A stretch of DNA of 64,000 bases from NCBI GenBank assembly GCA_965112155.1, contig OZ218105.1; one strand, 5' to 3'. Position numbers and translations under genes: made by a program. The notes beneath the pieces are model-generated. The model saw only the letters and a program-made list of their open reading frames with translations. It was not told the DNA's origin and ran no database searches. Positions 1 to 12,981 of the stretch are shown here, piece after piece. Position 1 is the stretch's first letter. The number at the start of each line of letters is the position of its first letter. The DNA comes from Podarcis liolepis. Lineage: Eukaryota.

Positions 1-527
1 CTAAAATGCTGGTGAATATTCTTGAGTATTTTTTTTTAATTGCAGAATACTGCAGAAAGGTGGAAAGCTGACTGGGAAAATGAGATACAGAGAGAACCAA
101 AAGTGGCATATCCACCCATCCCTATCTGCTCAGCCCAGTAATTTGCTTTCATTACCAGAACTGAATGTTCAGCTTTTAACACAACAATGCCTGTTCCCTT
201 TCTATACTTGCTGGGTCTCATTCCACCTAAAGCTCCTTCCTCAACTGTACCCTTTTCATCAAAGGCTGAAGAGAGTTTGGTTCCAACGAAGGCTCCTCTC
301 CTCCAGGGTATCTTAGCCACTTTCCACTGAATAGTGATCAAATAGGTTCTTCCACAGAGGTTGGAGAGTTTCAAATGGTAAAAGAACGCCATGTTAATCA
401 CATCATTAACTCTTCATGGCTGTTGTTTTTAAGATAGCAGCCTGGGGAGGGGGACACACAAAATGGTTCAGGCTGTTACATGAGGTTAGGGAGGGCTTTA
501 ACCTTTCAGTGGTGTCATAGTCCCAAG

Positions 528-731
528 CAAGGGTGCCAATTTGATTAAAATTTGGGGGGGGGGAGGGGGGAGGCCCAGGTAAGCCACCCTCTGCATAATC
601 TATCACAAGATGCAGTACACACACACCATTTGAATGGTAAAGACCATGATCTTTGGGGACTCCCAGCCCCCTCAAATATTTTATTAGAGGGGGGGTGATG
701 GGACGTTGGCCCCTAGGAGTTGGCTCCTATG
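528..731. mobile_element. Non-autonomous hAT-type DNA transposon (MITE)
   Basis: Imperfect termini CAAGGGTGCCAA / TTGGCTCCTATG. 8-bp flanking duplication GTCCCAAG (520-527) / GTTCCAAG (732-739). A related copy lies at 47667-47790. Confidence 0.7.
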
Positions 732-1057
732 GTTCCAAGCCAAAATCACCCCCTGCACCTGCTATTTATCCTGGAAGGAAAGCTTTCGTTGGTACCATTG
801 TCAAATTTCCACCCAGGAGAAGGAGCAGACTCATCTTCCCTGCACGTGATTAGTATCAGGAGCATAGCTGGGGCAAAGGATAAATGATGATGGTGTTGAT
901 GATTTATATTTGTTAGTTACTTTATCTTGCCCGGAGTGACACAAAGCGACTTCCAACCAACCAACCAGACAACGAATTCAACATAGATACATTAAAACCA
1001 AGAGGTAAGAGAAATACCCCAGAGTCAATTCCTTATGTCTCTAGAAAAAGAATCCTA

Positions 1058-1176
1058 TCTGAAACACTGGACAGCTGTGACCAGACTGTGTCAAACTATT
1101 GAGCTCTGTATTGACTGTGTAGGCAATACAGAGCTCAATAGTTTGAGTAGGCATAAGGTAGCTTCCTATGTTCTTA
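1058..1176 (+). mobile_element. 3' fragment of tRNA-derived SINE (same family as 57333-57520) with an internal inverted duplication
   Basis: CTGAAACACTGGACAGCTG...ATAAGGTAGCTTCCTATGTTC resembles the body and tail of the copies at 31020-31639 and 57333-57520. Confidence 0.6.
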
Positions 1177-2290
1177 GCTTGAAGTTCAGGCATGCTTCCC
1201 ATGGCCCCTTGTAAAGTCTACTTCCCCCCACCCACTTGCCCCCGGTACAGCAGGGATAGGTAGAAGGTAGATCATGATTTATGTAGACCTTTGGGTGATT
1301 TGCAGGGGCTCAGCAAGGGTTTCTGACTGCCAGTCATTTCATAATAGCAACAGCAAAACAACTTTCCCCACGTGAATTAGGCTGATGAAGTGGACTGTGA
1401 GATCACTGCAGATCTGATGCTGAAAACAAAATCCTTCAGGCATCCTGCTTATTCATTCTAACTGGGTGTCCCTTGCAGCTGGCTGTGACTGGTAGAACTT
1501 GGTGGATCTTGGGGGTCTAGTAAAGGCAATAATCTAGATCCAGCAACTCTGAAGTCTGCCTGCCTCTGCCATATTGGATTCCCCCCTATGGTGCTGATAT
1601 CTAATTTCCATCTGCAGCATGGGATGAGAACAGCAATCAATGGGATTTGCTTAGGAGAAATAAGTCCAATTGAAGACAGTGGCAGTTACTTGCAAATAAA
1701 GGTGCCAAGGATTGGGCTGTTTTAAGTACTGCCATCTGAACGCTCTGAAGTAGTATATAAATGTTAAGTGTTATTAAGTGAGCAAACTAGAAGCAGAATT
1801 TATTTGCTCTGTTTCTTTCCATACTTCATCATGATCAGTGTAGGAATGATGTTGCACTAAATGTACTGCAACAAGAGTAGGAAGAGAGGGCTTTTTCCAT
1901 TTAATAAAAGGACTGTTGAAGTCAGTGTAATGGCTTATTTAAAAGAAGCGTTCATACAATATAAGTGAAGAGCAATTACAGAGAAATGCTTATTTTCTTG
2001 CAAGTTAGAATGTTTGTAGAGCACCACAAAGTACAAAATAGGGCTCTTAATCTTGTTGGTTATCTTGGAAGCTTCAGTATTTTTTTTAAAGTATATAAAT
2101 ATGTAAGTACTATTCATTTTAGAGGGGAATATTAGAATGCTGTAAAATTCCCTTTTCATTTCAGCCTGTTGTAAATAAACTGAACCTTTACAGTAGGTTT
2201 TTGTCAGGCTCCCAGAAAGACAATTTTATTTTATAGCACATCCTAGACTGACAGCCAGAAACTGTTCTGCACCACCTCAGTACAAACAAA

Positions 2291-2430
2291 NNNNNNNNNN
2301 NNNNNNNNNNNNNNNNNNNNNNNNNNNNNNNNNNNNNNNNNNNNNNNNNNNNNNNNNNNNNNNNNNNNNNNNNNNNNNNNNNNNNNNNNNNNNNNNNNNN
2401 NNNNNNNNNNNNNNNNNNNNNNNNNNNNNN
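2291..2430. other. Assembly gap (140 N)
   Basis: Run of N characters. Confidence 1.
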
Positions 2431-2929
2431 TTGGCTGCATTTCAATTTTTTTTATTAAAAAAAAAGCCATTTAATGGTTTCCAAAACCATAAAAGTAAAA
2501 GTGTTGGTATATGTATATCTTGGCTTATATAGTCTTCCTTGTGTGACAGTTCAGGGATTTTTACAGGGATGGATATAATATTAACTGTTCAGACAACACA
2601 CTGCTTTAACAATTGCTCAATCTCTATATTCTTACCAAGGTCAAATGTTCTTCAGTGATCCAATCAAACAGTGTGATCCCTGGGATACTACTCAATGTAA
2701 AATTAAAGGAGAAAATCTATTTCAAAACAAGGAATTTCCATTTATGTAATTGTGCAATTGGGTTAATTGTTGCAGTTGTAATGACTTAAGGCTTTCACAG
2801 AAATTCCAGATTCAAAACCTGCTTAAATCAGTGTCAGTTATTTTAACTATATTTGCTAATTTGCAAAAAATAAAATAAAAAAACATTTCCCCTGCTCTAG
2901 TGATTTCTCGTGTGGCTTCTGATAAACGT

Positions 2930-3370
2930 ATGAAGGTGCCCCTCACAAGGTCTTTCAACTAAGATGGGTGAAAGGAATGTGATTGTCTTCTCAGGTGATC
3001 CTTCCGGTACCCTGGACCCAAGTTGTTCAGGGCTTTGTATATCAATATAAGAACCTTGAATGTGGCCCAGTAGCACATGAGAAGCTGGTGTTGTTTTTTT
3101 TGAAGAAGCATCACATGCTGCTGGCTGTTTGCCTCCAACAGCAGGTTCAAATTCAGTTTATTGGCACTCACTCAGCCCACCACTGCATTAAGGCACTTGT
3201 CTAGGATGTGTGCAGCCACTGCTGATTCAGAGGTCAAGAAAAAACAGAACAGTGCATGTCATTGGTATACTGGTGGCACTATGCTCCAAAACGTCTGATG
3301 ACTGCTCCCAGCAGCTTGATGTTGATGTTAAATAGCATTGGGTGCAAAAGGGTGCCCTGCGCAACATGGG
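2930..3370 (-). mobile_element. Degraded L2 LINE ORF2 (RT and C-terminal) fragments
   Basis: Minus-strand peptide VAQGTLLHPMLFNINIKLLGAVIRRFGA*CHQY resembles the GVPQGSVLGPxLFNIY...CHQYADD region. FKVLILIYKALNNLGPGY is the typical L2 C-terminal motif. Confidence 0.8.
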
Positions 3371-4162
3371 GAAGCATGACCCTACTATTTCTATTACAGT
3401 TTTTCCTGCTCCTCCCTATATAACCAGTTCCTGAAAGCAACAACTGGAGATGTTTGCTTGGTCCCTTGCCAGTTGTGCAGCTGAAATGAAGAAAGTTAAC
3501 CAAGAGTGGCCTTTTGTGCGAAATTACTATGAGCTCCATTCAGTTCTCGTTCTGAAAACAAATTTGGTATGTTCAGAATGTGCTTACAGACACCCCTCAG
3601 AAGTTGTGGTTTATAGATAGTTGGATGCTAGTAAAAAAGCAAAGTAGCTCCAACAAGGCTGAAGTCTGCCCATGCCTGGGATGATTCCATTTTCTGAAAA
3701 GAAATAAGGCCAGCATTCTATGTTCCATATTGTCTATGTACAACAACTGGAGAGAATTATTCCAATAATATTAAGATACTTTTGTACTCAAGTGTGACTG
3801 ACTAGATAGGACAGCTTTTGTAGGGGGGGGGGAATTCTAGTCTCTAATTATCCAGATCAGTGGATATTAAAATTGGGAAAAGGGAAAGGGCTCCTGGAAT
3901 AATTGAAAGTGATTTCCCTTTTTGCTTTGCTTTCTCTTTACATTTATCTGGAAGGACTGTGTAATGTTTGAATTGTGAGTAGCTCTGACAAACATCTGGG
4001 TTTTAGTGTAGATTTCACAATGGATGGGAAAACCAGGGGAAGATACATCAATTTAAAAGACTGGCAGCCAAATTCTACACAATGGTACCTGGGTGTAAGC
4101 CCTGCTGAGTTTAATGAGACATATTTGGAAATATGTATGTGTAGGACTCCAGACATGATTAC

Positions 4163-4322
4163 ATCATGGAATCATAGAATTGTAGAGTTGGAAGGGACCC
4201 CAAGGGTCATCTAGCCCAACCCCCTGCAATGCAGGAATCTCAGCTAAAGCATCCATGAGAGATGGGCATCCAACATCTGATTAAAAATCTCCAAGGTAGG
4301 AGAGTCCACAACCTCCTGAGGG
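4163..4322 (-). mobile_element. CR1 LINE 3' end
   Basis: Reverse complement of the CR1 terminus ...GGGTCCCTTCCAACTCTACAATTCTATGATTC with the ATTCTRTG-type tail repeat. Confidence 0.8.
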
Positions 4323-4422
4323 GCCCTGCAACATTTACAAAGAAAAAGATATACAAAAGATATGCAATATATACAATGTGTTGCAAAATTCCTACCCCCA
4401 TACAAAAACATTTTGTAAACTA

Positions 4423-4660
4423 CAGTGGTACCTCGGTTTTCAAACGTCTCGGAAGTCAAACATTTTTATTTTCAAACGCCGAAAACCTGGAAGTAACTGC
4501 CTCGGTTTTCGAATGCTTTTCGGATGTTGAACATACCACGCGGCTTCCGTATTGAGTTTTCCATAAGTGAATGCTTCCAGAAGTAAATGCTTTGGTTTTC
4601 GAACGTTTCGGAAGTTGAACGGTCTTGAACAGATTATGTTGAAAAACTGAGGTACCACTC
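4423..4660. mobile_element. Tc1/mariner (pogo/Tigger-like) MITE
   Basis: TIRs CAGTGGTACCTCGGTTTT / AAAACTGAGGTACCACTC, with TA on both sides. Confidence 0.85.
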
Positions 4661-5265
4661 TATTTTGTAACAAGTCAGGAGCACCACACCTTAAAGAGGT
4701 ACCAAGTCTGCTGTGGTAGCACTATGCACCAATGTATCCTGCAGCAAGCATGTGAAATGTGAAGATAATCATGTACATGCACCAGGGGGCAAGCCAATTA
4801 GGGCTGGCAGTGGTGTGTTGTAGTTTTGCTTGTTTTGATAAATGTAAGCTGTGCAAAGAAACTTATATCATGCAGTACAAAACATAAGCAATATAATCAC
4901 ATTCAACCATACATAAAATGAATAGCAGCATTAAAAAGCTGAGTCAAAATCTATTAGCAGACAACTGAAATAAGTAAGTCTTAATCACTCTGTGAAATAC
5001 AAATGACAATGGAGGCAGGGAGGTCTTCCTTGGAAGAACCCCATAGCTTAGGTGCCTCTACGGAGAAGGCCCTATCTGTTATACTTGTCTGCCTGCCAAA
5101 CTTTGGTGGTGACAAGCAGGTTGAAACTTCCTAGATATTCTTCGTTTTAGAAAAGCTATGGAAATGTATGTCAGACAATTACCTCTTATTATTTTGAAAG
5201 CAAAGGGATTTGTGACTTTGGCATGCATGCAGACCCAGACCACCTGTGAGGTGGGGTGAGGCAGC

Positions 5266-5317
5266 CATACCCTCCAACATTTCTCTGATGAAAATGGGGA
5301 TGTCCTATTCAATAATG

Positions 5318-5352
<35 letters not shown>

Positions 5353-5643
5353 TATTATTTCATTATTTATGCCCCACCTGTCTGACTGAGTGGTCCCAGC
5401 CACTCTGGGCAGCTTCCAACCTATATAAAAACATACTAAAATTATGCAGGGCTGCCTTCTGATGTCTTCTAAAGGTTGTATAGTTACTTCTCTCCTTGGC
5501 TTGGGTGTCACATAACTCATTTCTCCAATGAAAATAGGGACGTCCTGAGAAAAATTAGGACATTCTGGGATGAGATCAGAAACTGGGATGGCTTCTGTAA
5601 ATCTGGGATTGTCCCTGGAGCGTAGGGACATTTGGAGGGTCTG
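5266..5643. mobile_element. Non-autonomous DNA transposon containing an L2 3'-tail fragment and (AAT)n
   Basis: TIR CATACCCTCCAA / TTGGAGGGTCTG (11/12). Internal 5310-5500 resembles the L2 tail at 36851-37123. Confidence 0.65.
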
Positions 5644-7160
5644 GGCAACTGCCATAGGTGGCAAACCCACAAGAGGGGCACCCCACCCATGCCACCATTT
5701 CCGCTGCTGTCAGAATGCCTACCTCTTACCAAGTTTCAGCGAGAGGGGAATGTCCTAGTGGGTAGTTTTGCTGCTCCTCTTCCCCTCTCCTGGAGCACGG
5801 AAGATGAGTGGCAAGGCCTTGCGGATTGCTCTTCCTCTTGCCAAGTTCTGCAAAAGGTGGGGGAAGTGGTGGGGTGGGGGGTGGTACAAGTCCCTCCCCC
5901 GAGGAACAGTCACAAGGGATCTAAAGCAGGAAAGAGAGTGATTTCGCCCCCCCTTGCCATTTTGCTTAAATAGCATCCCTTAGCATGCAAAACATCTGAT
6001 AATAACTTCACAAAAGACTTCCAGATGTTTTCCATCTTTTTAATTTATTATGTATTCCATTTTCATTGCTATGATAAATATGTGTTAAAAACCAAGTTTA
6101 CTAATTTGTCAATAATAATTTGTTTTGCTTCCCTTATTCTCAAGACAACAATTTGTATCCCAAATGATAGGTGTTGCATACTTTACAGATTGTGGCTAAT
6201 ATGTATATTATAGATGTATGAACAGGACTCCACTAATGAATTGTCAAATGAAGAAATAGCTGGATGTAGACAGACTGAATATACCTCATTTCCTTAGATG
6301 GTTCACTGCATATTACTTTGTGAGGGATATACCAATTATTATTTTGTTAGTGTCAGGATTATTTAGCTTACAAAGGAGATCAGTGTGAACTCATTCAGCA
6401 AATATAGTAGAAAGAAACTGTTTACACATCGTGATGAGTTCCAATTAAAGAACATGCAAATAATTGAGATAATTCAGAATTAAAACACTATGTGAATAAT
6501 CCAGGAATTACATGGGAAAGTATATTATGTGTGATTGGAAACTTAATTGAATACAAGGTGCGAACTACTTCACGGCAATCTTGAGTGAACTAGGATGCAA
6601 ATATCCTTGTACATTTTTATGAATAAATATTTTAAGGCAAAAAATTGCAAGTAGTTTCCTTTAGTTAGCAATAGCATAATTTTACACGATTAGCCCAGTC
6701 CAAACCCAAGATCTGGTATCTGAAATAGGCAAATCTTGGGCTGTCCTGGCTGAGCTGGGGCAGAACTCTCTCATCCCAGATTAGATGGGGCATTGCTGCT
6801 GTAATTTCCTGATCCTGGCTCAGCTATCCAAAACTTCTTTTGGGTCAGTCACATGACCTGACAACTGGGCAGAATGTACACTGACAAAAACAGTGCTCTA
6901 AGTCAAATTCTGCCAGGCTAAGGCCAGCTCAGCAGTAGCCCCACTTCTGAATGGAGTTTGGACTAAGGCATATTCCACTTGCGCAATTTACCCTGGCATA
7001 AATTATACTGGCTTCCTATATTGATCTGTATGCACTTGAAATCTTGTGGAATGTAGTGGAGCTAGAAAATTTGCCCCCCGATGCTCTGATCCCTGTGGCA
7101 GATAGCTTCTTGAAATGCATGTTCTGATGGTGAAGTTAAGCATGCTACATTTGGCTGATA

Positions 7161-7402
7161 CCCTCTAGATCAGTGGTGTCCAAACTTTTTTCAAAGAGGG
7201 CCAGATTTGATTGCTTTTTCTAAATTGCCATTTGAAACCAGCCTGGGGGCCGCAAGTGGCCCCCGGGCCAGACTTTGGACATACCTGCTCTAGATATTTT
7301 GGACTACAATTTCCATCACCCCTGACCATTGACCATACTCGCTTGGACTGATGGGTGTTGCACTTCCCCAAATCTGGAGGGCAACAGGATGGGGGAAGGC
7401 TG
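7161..7402. mobile_element. Older palindromic ~135-bp hAT MITE interrupted by the 7171-7287 element
   Basis: CCCTCTAGAT[insert]ATTTTGGACTACAATTTCCATCACCCCTGACCATTG...ATCTGGAGGGC matches the intact copy at 40370-40505. Confidence 0.7.
7171..7287. mobile_element. hAT (Charlie-like) MITE
   Basis: TIRs CAGTGGTGTCCAAA / TTTGGACATACCTG. Perfect 8-bp TSD CTCTAGAT (7163-7170, 7288-7295). Confidence 0.85.
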
Positions 7403-7614
7403 TATTACATCATCAAGGATGCTCCAAAGAATCCTTCTCTTGCCTGTTGCTCCTCTTGTCTGAAATACATTCTGACACTTAAGCTGGGTTTGAACCCCTC
7501 CTTCTTGCTTCCCTACTCTTATGACCATTTCAGCTATTCCACATTACAGGTACCTAGAAGCTACTGAAATGCACTTCCCAGACATGGCAAAATGGCTACA
7601 TCATGCTTGTATGG

Positions 7615-7756
7615 TGGATGGCCCTTGTAGTAGGGCATGAGACTCTTAATCTCAGGATTGGGGGGTTCGAGCCCCAGATTGGGCAAAAAAGATTCCTGCA
7701 TTGCAGGGGTTGGACTAGACAGTCCCTTCCAACTCTACAATTCAATGATTCAATGA
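7615..7756 (+). mobile_element. tRNA-Lys(CTT)-derived SINE with CR1-type 3' tail
   Basis: GCATGAGACTCTTAATCTCAGG...GGTTCGAGCCCC gives the tRNA-Lys anticodon arm and B box. It is followed by GATTCCTGCATTGCAGGGG...CCCTTCCAACTCTACAATTC, shared with the CR1 end at 4163-4322. Confidence 0.8.
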
Positions 7757-10700
7757 AACTGCTTCTGCATGTTTGCCAGAAGGAGAAAGCTTCCACTTAT
7801 GTCAATGGGACATTCCCTCTCAGGGCTAATAGCAGCCAAAGGAGAGGGGGCTTCACTGCAGTTCCAGCAGTCGGGAAGGGTTAAATGTTCCCTCATTGTC
7901 AACTGCAATCTTTGGGCTCCCCTACAGTGGATGAAATTATAAAAAAATATTTTAGATTATTAATAAAAAAATACCATACATGCCAACTGCTTTCATGCCC
8001 AGCTGGACCTTAGAGTAAAAGCCCCACCTGCCCTATTGAATGGCCAAGGAAATGCTATATTGCAGAAAGTGACCTGTATATCATCTCAACAGTTAACCTA
8101 TATTCTACAGAGCTGAAACTTGCATGTTTCCAATATTTAAAGATGCTATTTATTCTGAGAGTTAACAAGAATGTTTTTCATCAATACACATGACTTTCCA
8201 TGTAACTTGCTCAATAATATATATGCTTTTCAAACAGACTGTCAACAGCTTTACTGTGGAGACTTTTTTCCAATTGATTCTAGTACGAATCCTTCAGAAT
8301 CACAAGCAAAGCAGCTGGAATCACCATCTGAGCATCCCTTCATTTGCATTCAAAGCATTTATTCACTTAAGAGCTTGGAAGGAGCTAAAAGAGAAGAGGA
8401 GGGAAAATCTAATAAAGAAAACACAGTAGTGGGCTTGGTCACAGCACTACACTTTGGTAGCACTGTATGCTACTAGTGGTACTGGAATGATGTCTGGTAG
8501 CAGTGGATCTCTGTTTTCCAGGAATACTTACTTTTCACTTGTTGAGGGTGGATAAAGGAAAAACCTCATTTCCTGAGTTGCATCAGGAGGTCTTATAAGG
8601 AGAAAACATTTGACAACTCGAAGGGCTGTAACTGACTGGTGAGCACCAGCTGGGAAGACATTTCATTCATTCAAGAAATTTCTATCTTGCCGTTCAAGTC
8701 TATGGAACCAAGATGGAATCTCAGGGGAAAGCATAGCTACGAAATTTGCTTGCGTTTTGAGCAAGTTGGTCTGTTTATGGAAGGTATCCATCAGTGGAGG
8801 AGGTGAGAGTCAATTCTCAGCAATTCTCTCTTCCTCTGGATTCCTTAGACGAGAAGTGGGGGGGGGGGGTTGTGTGTTTTTTGGCAGGTGGGGGTTTGCT
8901 GGAAATTGTCTCTTTCCCATTTCCATTCCTCCCATCATCATAGGAGAGAGCTCTGCATGCCACCCATTATCTTTTCCTCTCTGCTTCCATGACTCATCTG
9001 AGTTCAGCCACTAATTACCTAATCATCACAACACATGTGATTGCAACTGTCTTTAAACATATTGTTTTGGACAAGCAAAAAGAAAAGAAAAAAGACTAAC
9101 CACTGTACTAAATCAAGACTGCGCAACACAACACATGCACACAGCACTTACAGTGCAAATACATGCACTGTAAATGTTGGTTAGTGTTTGGAAGAGGCTA
9201 ATGCAACATGTCAGTGTTCCTGGAAACAGCAGACAACAAGGCAGAGTGCTTTCACACTTCCTTGATAGGATTTATGAAGGCCTTAACCAACATAACAGCA
9301 GTGACTCTGAATGCTGCTTGCTGACTTTCATCATACAGTGCACCCCATACAAAGAAAGACAATGAACCTGGCTCTGGCTAACTGATCCTCTCTTCAAGTG
9401 AGCAAACACAGCGCTCAGCAAGGATTGTATCAGAAACAGTGTCTGTTCCGCAGCAGATTATAGAAGCAAAAAATAATTCCGCTCTCAGCATGAGGCAGCT
9501 GGAAAAGAAGTGGTGTTGGAAATTCTCAGGACAGGGAAGGGCACAAAATTCAGTCCTGAAAGTAGCTACTTCTCCAGATAATGTCTAACTGATTGATTGA
9601 TTGATTGATTGGCTGCATTTATGTACCACCTTCCTGCCAAGACAACCAAGGCAGCTCACAATTTTAACATCCTAAAGCAAACAGTTTAATAAAGCAAATC
9701 TAGAGCAGTGGAGTCCTCTCAGGCCAACTATTGACACAAGTGCTGAGGTGTGGGGTTTCTTGCTTCTGCCTCCCCTCAGGATGCACAGGTCTTAAGTAGT
9801 CCATGGGAAGGTGGGGTGGGCTTGGCCCTACAGTTCTGTCAGGCCTTGGCACAGTGACAGGAAATAATTGAATAAATAGAATCATACCAGGAAACGGCAG
9901 GAGAGAGCTGAAGAATCCTTGTGACTCATGATAAGACCTTCCCTGAAGCCCAAAGAGGGCATCAGCATGGGCAGAAGAAGCCCTGAAGAGACTTGAGGCG
10001 CAGTGTGGCTTTGTTTAGGCTGCTCAGCCTCCCTGCCTAACAGCTGATGTGTGGGGTACTGCAGCAGCCACCACACCACTTTATTGCACATTCTCCAGCT
10101 TCCTGCTAGCCCCAGAGGTTGAATTCTAGTTGAATAGCAGGTGTGCAGAGTGGAGCAGGGGGGAGGGGCTCTGCCTCCCTTCAATCAGTGAAGAGCCTGG
10201 GCACCCTCAAAATTCCTCAGCAGCCATTCATACACACTGCAGGGCATGCTCACATCATGCACACCAGCCACAGGGTGTCTGCACGATACATCCAAACTCC
10301 CCACAGGGTACACCTGTGACAGCAGCATGTCATAGGACATGTGTACACAGCATGAGCACACCACGAGGCATGTTGATGTCATGCACACACATTGTGGCCC
10401 TGGGCCCCCTCAATCGCAGGGGCAAGGCAGTACGTATGTTGAAGTGACAGTTGTATGGAGAGAGAGCTGGAGAGCAGGAAAAAAGGGTGTTTAGAGGTTT
10501 TTTAGAGGGGGGTCCCCATTTTGCATGATTTCACTTATATGCACCGGGCTGCAATGTAACCCCTGTGCAAATGGGGAAACACCTGCACTTAACTCCCAGA
10601 CCTTTTATCGCCTCTGCACATGTCATTCATCTAAAGATTTATGGGCAAGAGTCACAAGCCTCATGTCCACCTTAATTTCCTCCCGGAATTTCCCCCACCA

Positions 10701-12455
10701 GCTCTATTCCCTTCTTCTCAATTTTCTGCCATTTCTGATACAATTGTTACACAGTGTACTGTGATTCTGTGAATGGAACAGGCATATGGAGCTGTGGAAG
10801 GCAGGAGTAAGTACTAAGTGTTGAAGACTTACGCCTAATTCGCAGGTCTGAAAGACCATTACCATCTTGGTAATATTCTAGTACACCAGTCACGGAAAAT
10901 TGCTGATGTGTTAAGCAAACTAAACCTGATGGATGCTAACCCTATAGACACACCAATGACGACAGAACAAAGGAAACAGGAAACCAGTGAACGTCACATC
11001 CCGTCTCCCTTTCCCGTGGGAACCCAACAGTAACTGAACTGTGTAATGAAAACATAGTCTTGTGACTATCAGCTGCTGCTCAGTGAGGGAAACAGAAACC
11101 AGCACTAAGGAGCGGGCATGGTGTATAGGAATAATAACAACAACTATATTAATTTTGGCTGTAAGAGCCTGCTTTTGGGTTTGTGGGCCCATGCCCCATT
11201 TTAAGCACCTTATCTGCTGGCACAGCAATTCTTAGGATGGAGCAGTAATTACTTAAATAAATCATAAGACAGAGAAAGAGAGAGAGAGAGTCTATTAGTA
11301 GCCAATGTGCCTTCTCCCAGAACCCACATTTGTGCAATGAAAACAAAAAGCAATACCAGAACGTTCCCATTAAGGTAGCATTTGTGCAACATGAGTCTTA
11401 ATGAATGCTTTCAATAAAAGGTCTTATTTGCTCACTCTGTAAGCGAACAGTATTCCACTTTGCTAGGATTAGGAATAAAACCCAAACAAATACTCCTTTT
11501 CTCTCTTGCTCTATCCACATATATATATGCTACAAGACAGGCCATCTTGCCAAATGTCATCCTGCTAAAAAAACAAGTTAATGCTACAACATCAGAGTGA
11601 TCAAGTTGTCAGTTTGTATGAAATGGAGCTTCATGCAAAAGGCACTGTTTGGAAGTAACTCTGTACCAATTAGAAAAGACTGAATCAGAGTGCTGTCGTT
11701 TCACATTTCTAAATGTTAATGATTTAACTCCAGGAATATGAGGAGGGGGGTTGTTTAATATAAGAAAAAGATTGAAATTCTTCATATCATTTATATAACT
11801 CATGATCAAAATGAGACCAAAATGGTTTCCTGTACCCCATTTCAGATGAACTGAAATGCAAAAGGTAATTGACAATGCTACCTCTGAAAAGATCAAAGGT
11901 ACAGTTATCTGTGTGCAGCGATTCAATTTGATATAGCAAGATTGCTAGTCAGAAAAGATCATTAATTTTTTTTATTGGCAAACTTCTCTGTTGAAGGAAG
12001 GAGAAAAAAAACCTCCAGAACATACTTTGATAATTCTATGTTTCTCAGTCTCAGGAAGGTTGGAAATTATTATATTGATTTAATTTCCTTTGAATAATTT
12101 TGCTATTTGGTGGGTATTATTTGAAATCTGAGTTGTGGAGTAAAAACAGAAGCCTCAAACCATATAAAGTTTTAAGACCCCTTCATACATATATAAAAAA
12201 AGAACATGTGAGGACTTCAACTGAGCAAGTGATGGGAGCAGATCCAACCCATCTTCCTTCACTGAGTGGAAGGGTTGGATAATGCAGCTTTCATGAACAG
12301 TCCACTGAATACACTTAAAAGTACTTTACAGACTTTCCGTCTCAACATAGAAAATTTGGGAGAGAGCAGGTGCATGCAAATATATTGTGGGCAGGGCCAG
12401 TGCATTTGACCCCATCCTCTTCACAGTTTCAGTCCCCAATGCATTACTTTAGAAT

Positions 12456-12690
12456 CCAGTATGGTGTAGTGGTTAAGAGCGGTAGTCTCGTAATCTGGTG
12501 AACCGGGTTCATGTCCCCGCTCCTCCACATGCAGCTGCTGGGTGACCTTGTCACACTTCTCTGAAGTCTCTCAGCCCCACTCACCTCACAGAGTGTTTGT
12601 TGTGGAGGAGGAAGGGAAAGGAGAATGTTAGCCGCTTTGAGACTCCTTGGGGTAATGATAAAGCAGGATATCAAATCCAAACTCTTATTT
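12456..12690 (+). mobile_element. MIR/Ther1-related tRNA SINE (Squam3-like)
   Basis: A box TGGTGTAGTGG, B-box-like GGTTC, and core GGGTGACCTTG. Flanked by TTTAGAATCC at 12448-12457 and 12691-12700. Highly similar to 23659-23908. Confidence 0.85.
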
Positions 12691-12981
12691 TTTAGAATCC
12701 CTGAGAAAGGATTTTGTCCTGACTAATTTAAGCCCTATTGCTTCAGAAGGGACTTTAAACTTACAGAATTTGGTTGCATCGAACCCAAAATATTTTGTAC
12801 GTTCAGATAAATCACCTGTTATTATTCTTAATTTGATTTATTACCTGCCCTTTGCCATAAAGGTATAGCCAGGGTGGGATAGAACAATGTAAATATACAA
12901 CATTAAACTAACTTAAACAAATAATTGATAGTCAAGATGGATAGATATATGTCAATGGCCAGGGTAAATTATTTCAAAGTA

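Noticed and set aside
7615-7685. tRNA-Lys gene
   Set aside because: The D-arm and acceptor stem are degenerate, and it is fused to a CR1-type tail. It is a SINE head.
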